NCBI GenBank assembly: GCA_045599925.1
Contig: JAZRWV010000014.1
Location: 1 to 35,136 of the forward strand
Length of the DNA stretch: 35,136 bases
Direction: 5' to 3'
Origin: Myxococcota bacterium
GTDB taxonomy: Bacteria; Myxococcota_A; Bradymonadia; UBA4248
Part shown: one piece after another, positions 22,067-30,500 of the stretch
How positions within the stretch are numbered: the first letter of the stretch is position 1
Layout: the number at the start of each line of letters is the position of its first letter
Translations under genes and position numbers: made by a program
The notes under the pieces: generated by a model
Seen by the model: the letters and a program-made list of their open reading frames with translations, nothing else
Told to the model about the DNA's origin: nothing
Database searches by the model: none

Positions 22067-23806
22067 GTGAAACACTTCCCATCTGCCTATCTATTATTGT
22101 GCTTCATGCTGATGATATCTTATCAGACAGCATGCAAGGAAGCGCCTGTCAGGCATAAAAAAGCGCAACCTCAGTACGATATCGAAAAAGTCTCCCAAAA
22201 TATCGAACGGTTTACAACTCCATCGGATGCACCCGTTCTGCCATCAGCACAGGCTGAGGCCGTGCATCCGATTCTCGATTTGACAAGCATTCTCAAACCG
22301 GAAACCGTTGAAAATCAGGCCGAAGCACCTGCTGTTCAGAAATGTGTCATCAGTCAGTTTGCCACTGAACAGGAACAAAAACTTGTACGGGTTGCGATTT
22401 CACTCAAAGGCATCCCGAAAAACAACCAGGATGAAATTGAGCATCGAATTATGAATCTGCTCAATGCACATGCACCTCAGCCATGGGAACTTCGCAAATC
22501 ATCTGCCATTGACAGCCATGAAAAGCCAATCGGGCGTCTTGATGTCGAATATAAAAAGCAGATCATTCGCCTCAAAAAAGCATCCAAAACAGCACCTCAA
22601 AGGGCAAATATTCATTACGTTTTCAGTCTGAAATTCTCTGCACCTAATGGCCTCATTTCCTCATGGAATGATTTTCATTTCGATTTGCACGATGATATTG
22701 CCGTTTCATCCGAAGCCGGAATCAATGATTTATTCTGGCATAATCTGGAAACACAATTCCCGACACTGACGCTCATTGATTCGGATCTGACGTCGCAATG
22801 GCTGAGAACTCAGGGACTTTCACCGCTAATTCTTACGGATGGGCTGAGTGCATTTCGGCATTCCAATCACATCTATTATCCGAAAGGCTGTCTGATATCA
22901 CGAGACGAGCATCAGAACAGGCTGCTTCGACAGTTGCAGTCGCCATATTCACCGGCACAGTCACTTGATGTTCCCAATGTGCTCGACATGGTTTGTACGC
23001 AGGATGCAACCTTTATTGTTTCGAGTGAGACACCGTTGCGAATGGCTCTTTATTATCAGCCACGAACGACATCTCATGCGTGGAAATCCCAGCTCAGTTT
23101 TGCGGACAGCATTCGGGAAGGGGATTTATCATTATTTGTGGATGACGATATCATCTGTCTTTATACTGGCCTGGCCCCCCAGCAAAATCGCGGTGTAGAA
23201 ATTCAATGTCTCGATCGAAAAACCGGGTTGATGAGATGGCAGACCAACCGTTTGTCCGGTGCATTCAGAGGATTTGCACACGACAAAAATCAGCTTGTTT
23301 TTGCCAATGATCAAGCCATATTTGCCATTTCAAGAAATGGCGAAATGCTTGCGTCTCAGCCAATACAAACCTCATCGCGGCTGAGAAAACGCATGTTCTG
23401 TCAGCTGCAAAATCGTCTGATATTCATGACAGGCCCTGGTCAATTCGTTTCATGGAATCTCACCAAAGAGGCATTTGACTGGCAGACATCTGTATTTGAT
23501 TCGGATTTCATCCACTGCAGCCAGCAAAACACCCTGCTATTTTCAGAAGTTGGCGGCTATATTCTGGCGTATGACGTCGAAAACAACACCCCCCTATGGA
23601 AATATCGGACAGTTTCGACGCCATTGGATGCATTTTCATACGGAAACATCATCTATTTGCTGCTCGATCGGGCTGTTATTGCACTCGATCGGGCAACAGG
23701 ACATCAAAAAGCGCAAATTCCGCTTCCGTGGCAGGCGCAACAATTTATCCAGATAGGCGCAAAGCTTTATCTGGACACCAAAGATGCGGTTTATTCCTGG
23801 AGATAG
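22067..23806 (+). CDS. lipoprotein with a C-terminal BamB/PQQ-like beta-propeller and an N-terminal half of unknown function
   Basis: Lipobox ...ISYQTAC. Repeats of the form LDRKTGLMRWQT, WNLTKEAFDWQT, YDVENNTPLWKY and LDRATGHQK. The GTG start is 1 nt after the PBP stop, which suggests an operon. Confidence 0.65.
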   Translation: MKHFPSAYLLLCFMLMISYQTACKEAPVRHKKAQPQYDIEKVSQNIERFTTPSDAPVLPSAQAEAVHPILDLTSILKPETVENQAEAPAVQKCVISQFATEQEQKLVRVAISLKGIPKNNQDEIEHRIMNLLNAHAPQPWELRKSSAIDSHEKPIGRLDVEYKKQIIRLKKASKTAPQRANIHYVFSLKFSAPNGLISSWNDFHFDLHDDIAVSSEAGINDLFWHNLETQFPTLTLIDSDLTSQWLRTQGLSPLILTDGLSAFRHSNHIYYPKGCLISRDEHQNRLLRQLQSPYSPAQSLDVPNVLDMVCTQDATFIVSSETPLRMALYYQPRTTSHAWKSQLSFADSIREGDLSLFVDDDIICLYTGLAPQQNRGVEIQCLDRKTGLMRWQTNRLSGAFRGFAHDKNQLVFANDQAIFAISRNGEMLASQPIQTSSRLRKRMFCQLQNRLIFMTGPGQFVSWNLTKEAFDWQTSVFDSDFIHCSQQNTLLFSEVGGYILAYDVENNTPLWKYRTVSTPLDAFSYGNIIYLLLDRAVIALDRATGHQKAQIPLPWQAQQFIQIGAKLYLDTKDAVYSWR

Positions 23807-23809
23807 GAG

Positions 23810-24781
23810 CTACTTTTCTTCGTTAGTTTCGTCATTTTTTCGAACACAGGTTCCGAAATCATGACGTTTCATTTCTGAGCGGCTGTGTTTTAATATGGCC
23901 TGATCATCCAGGCAGTGTTTACAAAGCAGTTCCTGTCCTTCTTTTGGCTTAAAAGGAACGAAATCCTGAGCTGCACAGCGAGCACATGTAAAAGGATATT
24001 CCTGAGCTGCGACACGATTTCGGCGAGCCCATTCATCACCAAATGTATTTTCTGCACACTGACGACATAAAATCATGCCGTGTGTTTTGGGGACAAATGG
24101 GAGTGTGTCTGTGCAACCACAGCGTTCACAGCGGATTTCAATGCGAACTTTGGTATTGTGAACGACAGAGGGATGATGTTTTGCAAAATATTCGCGAGAA
24201 CGTTGTTTTTCCTCGCGTTCTGCTGCATGACATTCGCGACAAAGCACCCGGCTGCCGGGATCTGGCTTGAACGGAACTTTATTTTCCTTACCGCAAACAG
24301 AACAGATAATCGTGTGATAAATTTTACCACCAACACGCGCGACATTCGGATTATTCATGCATTCACGACAGAGAACGACACTGCCTTCATAGGGTTTAAA
24401 AGGAACAGTATCTTCCTTTCCGCAGTGTGAACAAACGATGGTATAATTTTCAATTTCTCTGGGTTCACGGTGTTCACGGTGTTCGCGGTGTTCTTCGTTT
24501 CGGCCGTTAAACTTTGCTTCTTTTGAAGCTCGCAGGCAGGCTTTACACAAAATGGTGCGTTCTGGATCCGGTTCAAATGGAACCTGAAAACTTTCACCAC
24601 ATTCACTGCAGACAGCATCGTACCACGTTTCTTCATCACGGTTTTCACGTCGTACAGGACGAGGAGCCTGGTTTTCAAATTCTCTTCTGCCGGGTCTTGA
24701 ATTTCTATCAGGTCTTGTATCTCTGCCAGCTGCGGAATCTCTGTGATTGCCGCGATTAAATGGACGTCGTTCTCCTACCAT
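23810..24781 (-). CDS. protein with five CxxC-x17-CxxC zinc-ribbon repeats and an Arg/Asp/Glu-rich N-terminus
   Basis: Five copies of C-x2-C-G-x5-VPF-x-P-x7-LC-x2-C, with exactly 17 residues between the Cys pairs. AGGAG lies 8 nt before the ATG. Confidence 0.85.
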   Translation of the reverse strand: MVGERRPFNRGNHRDSAAGRDTRPDRNSRPGRREFENQAPRPVRRENRDEETWYDAVCSECGESFQVPFEPDPERTILCKACLRASKEAKFNGRNEEHREHREHREPREIENYTIVCSHCGKEDTVPFKPYEGSVVLCRECMNNPNVARVGGKIYHTIICSVCGKENKVPFKPDPGSRVLCRECHAAEREEKQRSREYFAKHHPSVVHNTKVRIEIRCERCGCTDTLPFVPKTHGMILCRQCAENTFGDEWARRNRVAAQEYPFTCARCAAQDFVPFKPKEGQELLCKHCLDDQAILKHSRSEMKRHDFGTCVRKNDETNEEK

Positions 24782-24907
24782 TCCTATTCTCCTGCTCTGC
24801 TGTTATGGGACTTGTCAAATGCGGATTTCTGTTATGACGTGCAGCCATAAATCATTCACCTGACGGGCATTTTTACTCGCTATTATGGATGGAATCAATA
24901 AATTAAA

Positions 24908-25000
24908 ATGAGCAATGAGCAATGAGCAATGCATTCATTTCGGCGTTGCATGCAATGCGGCAACGTAGAATTGCACATTGCACATTGCACATTGCTCATT
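24908..25000. repeat. inverted pair of heptanucleotide arrays flanking a short hairpin
   Basis: Left arm (ATGAGCA)x3 at 24908-24931. Core hairpin CGTTGC-10 nt-GCAACG at 24944-24965. Right arm ATTGCAC x3 + ATTGCTC + ATTG at 24969-25000, which is (GCAATGW)n on the other strand. Confidence 0.95.
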
Positions 25001-25062
25001 GAAAATGCATTAATGCGCCCGAATTCGCCGTTCATTTTTTCGGCGATTGTTTTGCGAATGCA

Positions 25063-26025
25063 ATGAGTTCTTCATTTGCTGATTATTCAATCATAACAAG
25101 TCATATCATGTGGTTTCCATTTGCTTTTTTATCCGCGCTGCTGCTCGGATTTTATGATGTTTTTAAGAAACATTCGCTAAAGAAAAATGCCGTTGTGCCG
25201 GTATTGTTTCTGAACACGCTGTTTTCGAGTCTGATATTTTTGCCGTTTCTGCTGCTTTCATTGACGGGAGTGTTTGAAAGTGGCGGAATGCTTTACGTTC
25301 CGACGACTGCTCTGGCTTCGCAGGGGTATATTTTCATCAAATCGGCGCTTGTCCTTTCATCCTGGTTCTTTGGATACCTCGGGATGAAGCATCTCCCATT
25401 GACGATTGTTGGTCCCATCAATGCGACGCGTCCTGTGATGGTTCTTCTGGGAGCAGTACTGGTATTCGGCGAGTCACTGAACATCTGGCAATGGCTTGGA
25501 GTACTGACCGCAATCGTGGCATTTTATCTGCTCAGTCGAAGCGGCAAGCGGGAAGGCATCGATTTCAAGCACAATCGATGGATATTTTCAGTTGTATTGG
25601 CGTGTATTCTCGGTGCGTGCTGCGGGTTGTACGACAAGTATCTGATGGCTGCCCCGGCGGCCGGCGGTCTTGGTCTCGATCGCATGGCGGTTCAAACGTA
25701 TTACAATTTCTATCAGTGCGCGCTGATGGGAATCATGATGATGGTCCTGTGGTTTCCGCATCGAAAGACCCAGCCGTTTCACTGGACGTGGGCAATCTTC
25801 GGTATATCGGCATTTCTGTCGCTGGCTGATTTTGTATATCTGTACGCCCTGAGCCTGGATGGGGCTATGATTGCCATTGTTTCGATGGTTCGCCGGGCCA
25901 GTGTGCTCGTTTCTTTTACCTTTGCTGCGCTTATTTTGCGTGAAAAGAATCTTCGCGACAAGGCAATTGATCTTGGACTTGTGATTGTGAGCATGATTTT
26001 GCTTTGCATTGGTGCACAGCAGTGA
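25063..26025 (+). CDS. EamA/DMT-family transporter
   Basis: About 10 TM helices in two EamA-like halves. An alternative start at ATG 25108 (MWFPFAFL...) would begin directly at TM1. Confidence 0.8.
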   Translation: MSSSFADYSIITSHIMWFPFAFLSALLLGFYDVFKKHSLKKNAVVPVLFLNTLFSSLIFLPFLLLSLTGVFESGGMLYVPTTALASQGYIFIKSALVLSSWFFGYLGMKHLPLTIVGPINATRPVMVLLGAVLVFGESLNIWQWLGVLTAIVAFYLLSRSGKREGIDFKHNRWIFSVVLACILGACCGLYDKYLMAAPAAGGLGLDRMAVQTYYNFYQCALMGIMMMVLWFPHRKTQPFHWTWAIFGISAFLSLADFVYLYALSLDGAMIAIVSMVRRASVLVSFTFAALILREKNLRDKAIDLGLVIVSMILLCIGAQQ

Positions 26026-26044
26026 AGTTGGAAATGCTTTTATG

Positions 26045-26127
26045 CAGGGGCAAAGCCCCTACGGCGCTATTGGCTTTGCCAATACGCGCCTGAAATGCAT
26101 TGCGGGGAATACCCCGCAACGCCCCGG
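26045..26127. repeat. mosaic three-hairpin repeat module, homologous to 18877-18990
   Basis: GGGGC-AAA-GCCCC, then TACG, then GGCGC-TATTGGC TTT GCCAATA-C-GCGCC, a spacer, TGCGGGG-AATA-CCCCGCA, then ACGCCCC. Confidence 0.85.
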
Positions 26128-26195
26128 CTTTAGCAATAAATCGGAACTTATTTTATTCCTCACATTGCGTTAAACAGAGAATAAAAAAGAAAGTT

Positions 26196-26287
26196 GGGCG
26201 TATCAGCGCAGCTGATAGCCCGACCGGCCGGGGCGTATTGGTCAGTCGAGCCGTTGTACGCAACGGCTCGACTGACCCAAAGCCCGG
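26196..26287. repeat. two further hairpin repeats of the bulged-G family
   Basis: 26196-26221: GGGC-G-TATCAGC gca GCTGATA-GCCC. 26227-26287: a long hairpin with a 16-bp perfect inner stem GTCAGTCGAGCCGTTG / CAACGGCTCGACTGAC and a GCGTATTG-type outer part. Confidence 0.8.
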
Positions 26288-26389
26288 CCAAATCAAAAAA
26301 CGACAAAACCACGAAACTCTGACGAAATGTGGGCAAATATGCTATAATAGTGGATTGGACAGAGAAGCCCGTTTATTTTAGGAGGAAAT

Positions 26390-27409
26390 ATGCGTAATTC
26401 ATTGTTTTTATCAGTATTATTGAGCACTTCATTATTGGGTTTACCTGTATTTGCACAGGATACAAGCGCACCAGCTGCACCTGCCGTGGAAAAGGCACCA
26501 GCCGCACAGACCAAAACCCTCCCCAATGGCCAGCCAATTGCCGATTGTTTAAGCCCGATTGAAGGCATGTCGTGCATTCCCGGTGGTTCATTCCTTCGCG
26601 GCTACGACGACGACAAACACCACTGCAACCAGTCGAGTTACAACAAAGCCTATATGAGCAAGGAAATGAAAGCAGCGAAGGATTATCGCAACAATTTCCC
26701 GCAGGAAACAGTCTGGATGCAGACATATTACATGGATAAAACGGAAGTCACGAATGCCGCATATAAAGCATGCGTCAAAGAGGGCAAATGCGAAAAAGAC
26801 GGCCCCAAATATGTCGATTTTGATGCGCCCAAACAGCCGATAACCGGTCTGAGCTGGTATAATGCGAAGAAATTCTGTGAAGCCCAGGGCAAACATCTTC
26901 CGACGGAAGCCGAATGGGAAAAAGCGGCCCGAGGCGAGAATGGCGATATCTATCCATGGGGCAATACGCCCGTTTCGTCATGTGATAATTCGGTCATCAT
27001 GAACAAAGCCGGCCGTTCATGCGGTGAAATCAAGCGCAGAGGCGAACATCCCGAAAAAGGCCGTGTGCTCGAAGTCTGTTCAAAAGGCGAGTCGAGATAT
27101 GGCCTTTGCGACATGATGGGCAATGCAGAAGAATGGGTTGCCGACTGGTACACGGGCAGTTACGAAGCTTGTGGTGATGACTGCAAAGGTATCGATCCGA
27201 AGGGACCTTGTGGTGGCAAAGAAGATAAAGATGGTCGTTGCGGAAAATACCGTCACAAATCGGTTCGCGGCGGTTCCTGGTACTGGGAACCCGAACATGC
27301 CACTGGTATTCACCGTCGTTCTCATGTTCCGAGCAACAATCCAGCACATCATTTCGGTTTCCGATGTGCAGCATCTCAGGAAGAAATGCAGAAACTTCTG
27401 AAAAACTAA
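26390..27409 (+). CDS. secreted formylglycine-generating-enzyme (SUMF1/FGE-sulfatase) family protein
   Basis: Signal peptide ...PVFA/QD. Motifs WYNAKKFCEAQGKHLPTEAEWEKAARG, GNAEEWVADWY, RGGSWY, FGFRCA. AGGAGG lies 5 nt before the ATG. Confidence 0.85.
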   Translation: MRNSLFLSVLLSTSLLGLPVFAQDTSAPAAPAVEKAPAAQTKTLPNGQPIADCLSPIEGMSCIPGGSFLRGYDDDKHHCNQSSYNKAYMSKEMKAAKDYRNNFPQETVWMQTYYMDKTEVTNAAYKACVKEGKCEKDGPKYVDFDAPKQPITGLSWYNAKKFCEAQGKHLPTEAEWEKAARGENGDIYPWGNTPVSSCDNSVIMNKAGRSCGEIKRRGEHPEKGRVLEVCSKGESRYGLCDMMGNAEEWVADWYTGSYEACGDDCKGIDPKGPCGGKEDKDGRCGKYRHKSVRGGSWYWEPEHATGIHRRSHVPSNNPAHHFGFRCAASQEEMQKLLKN

Positions 27410-27504
27410 GCTCACCATTAGCCTGATATACGAATTTAGGCGGTCATCGCATAAAAATATGGCGATACCCGCCACTTTATTGACTGCGGCCATTTGCTAA
27501 TTTC

Positions 27505-30500
27505 ATGTCGAAAAAACAGGATCACACAGTCCGGATATTTGCAGCGGAAACGAAGGTTCCAGCCTGGTTGACGCGATATACAAATACCCTCATCATTCTG
27601 TTGATGTGGCCGTGTATCATTGTCGCATTCGTTTATCTGACAGCATTTTATATTCTGAACTGTTCTTACGGCCCGAAAATACTTCATTCCCAGCTGAGTG
27701 GATTCCTTCGCGGTGATTATTATGCTGATACGATGTCAACGGATGCATTTTTGCAGACGTTGACGATGACGAATGTGCGTCTGTCAGAAGCTGGTAAGGA
27801 AGAAACCGTTATTTTTGCGCCCAAAGTCGAAGCCAAAATTCCGATCGTCGAACTCGTCGATTTGTTTAATGGCGAGAAATGTGCAGCTGATGAACCAGCA
27901 GACTGCATGGTTCTGACGGTAAACCGTATTAAAGCTTACAATGCCGATGTGGTACTCGATTTTACGAAAGGTGAACTAAACATTCTCAAGGTTGTTCTTC
28001 CGTATGCGAGCAAACCGGATCCTCCAGATAATTCTCCAACGAATTTTGTTACAAATCTTGCGGATCTCAATGTCGAATCGACCGCAGTTCATCTCATTTT
28101 TGATGGATTCAGAATTGATTTATACGATACGGATGTCGATCACTTTGCACTGAGAGCAGGTAATATCCTGCAAATGATATCGCCATTGGCCAAAGATCTC
28201 GTTCATGGTGATACGCTGTATGGTCGCGATGGCTCAATACGCGTAGGGCATGGAGAACTCGTCTTTAATCCTGCACTATTTTCATTTGCGCTGGCGAGTG
28301 TGGGTGATGCAGACGAAGGTTTAATCATGAGTGGCGGTTCCGGAACCGCCGGAAATGTAGGTTACGCCTATGGCCAAATGGCTCGCCATTTGGAAGGCAT
28401 CCTTCGCGGCGAAAGTGACTCCAGACTCGAAGAATTGTCCATCCACAAAGAATACATCAAACACGTCAGATGTATTTCCGATATGTTGAAAACATACGGA
28501 ATACCAATGGATGACATCATCCGGACCAATGTCACAGAAATCAAGAAAAAGGAAGAAACCTATCACGCACAAGTCAAGGCAATTGAAGAAGGGCTTTACA
28601 AGCTTTATCGGGAAGGAAAAGGTCTTGCAAAACCGGATATGCGCGGGAATTTTGTCATTCCTCTTGAAGAAACAATTGTCGATGGCTTTGATTGGGAAGG
28701 CAATCGTTTTGATATTCCCAGAATGACGACAGGTATTGGGGATAATGGACGAATCGTCATGGTAAACGCCATGATGAATGTTGGCCCAACAGAAGAAGAA
28801 GTCGAGGCCCATTCAACTCAATATCACCATAAGCGTTCAGGGCTTGAAGCCAAAGAAAGCATCCTGTGGGCGGCCGATCTCGACTTAAAGCTGAAAGTTT
28901 CCGATCCGATACTGACTTATTTCTTTGGTCCCATTCTGTTTGGTCGGGAACAGCTCGATCTTCATGCAGTCATGGCAGGCGACCTCGCTCGTGTCTCTGG
29001 CGATATCAGTTTGGACATGCCGACATTTGAAACATTTGATGTCGAAGTTGCCAGAGCCGCATTGCGCGCAAACATGGACGGTCAACATCTGACAATTTCA
29101 GATTTTGAGGCTGATACTGCCCTTGGTGGCGTTTTGCTCGCCGGTTATTACGACATCATGGACGGCAATTTTGACCTCGATTTGTGGGCAGGTCAGGCTC
29201 CGGATGATCCGGATTTTGCGTTTGTCGACCCGGATTTTCGCGAACGACTCGACGAAGGCATGACCCCAATGGATTATTTTCCTGATGGGGATTTGCAGCA
29301 TTTTGGCGGACTTATGAAGAGCCATCTCAAAGCTCAGTCTCAGGATGGAGTGATTGCTGTCTCGTTGCCGGATCCCATCCTGTATGAATTTGATAACCCA
29401 TTTATGGGACTGGAATCCGCCAAAATCCAACCCGTCAGTAGCGAAGACCAGCGCATTCTGACATGGCAAAACGGCGTCATGACATCTCCAGGTGGAATCA
29501 ATATCGATCTCGGAACGGATTCCGTGCGAATCGGCCCGGATTTCCGTCTGAATACAAATAATCTAAGTGACATGAATGCCGATGTGGCGGTTCACATCGA
29601 AAATCCAGTCAGTTATGCAGAACAGTTCGGATTGAGTGATCTCGAAGCAGATCCCATCGATTTGGCAGTCGCTTATCATCAATGCGGAACTGAATCATGC
29701 GGAAAACTTCAGCTTAAAACCTCCAATATTTCCTATATGGGCATTAGCATTCCGAAAATCGATATTGCCCTTAACCTCGATCAGTCAAAGCTCTCCGCAT
29801 CCGCATTTAATATCAATACTGCATTCGGTGATATCAGCGCAAAGACGTTGAATGCTGTTATCACGCCACAACTCCTTCTGGAGCCCACTAAAATTCCTTT
29901 CAATACAGAACTGACACTTTCCAAAGTCGACTTCAGTAAATTTAATTATGAAAGTCTGACATTGGATCCTGAAACCGTCAATTCATTGAAAAAGCTCAAT
30001 TTAAAAGGAACAGGCAGTGGTCGAATTACGGCCGACGGCCCGATAGACCAGCTCAAAGGACGTTTGATTTATACCATGGAAGATGTTCAGGTTGCAGGCC
30101 TGGATATCTCTCGCGTGCTTTTCATTACACGCTATGAAGATAATAAAATCTCAATTCCTGCTTTGAATGTCTGGTTTATCGACTCCCAGCTTTCGGATGA
30201 AGAAGCTCGCAATATTCTTACAAATTCTGATGGTGCATCACTTATCGCAGAAGATGTTAACGCAGGAACAAGTGCTTCTTTTGAAACTGAGAAAATGAGT
30301 GCTGAACAGGCTGAAAATCTCGCAGCCACCATTCAGCCTTCGAAGCAGCAGACTCGAGTCAGACGCCGAACTCCAGACTTATCTCTCGGTGCTGTGACGT
30401 ATTATCTTGAGGAAAATCGCGTTGAACTCAATGTTCAGCTTCAGCCTATTGCGCCGAACTGGTTCAAAATGTTCAGAGACCTCGAAATTCCTCTCGAAAA

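Noticed and set aside
24464-24490. 3 x 9-bp tandem repeat (TTCRCGGTG) inside the CxxC gene as a phase-variation switch
   Set aside because: The unit length is a multiple of three, so copy-number change only lengthens or shortens the (EHR)n linker and cannot switch the gene off.
25931-26381. Mirror-image small ORFs on both strands that both start MRGIPRNA (25931-26119 minus, 26100-26381 plus)
   Set aside because: The shared N-terminus is a by-product of the palindrome TGCGGGGAATACCCCGCA. Both ORFs run through repeat hairpins and have no start signals.
26390-27409. FGE-family protein as a GldK/PorK type IX secretion component
   Set aside because: GldK/PorK are lipoproteins followed by gldL/M/N-like genes. 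This protein has a type-I signal peptide (no lipobox), is shorter, and is followed by the TamB-like gene.
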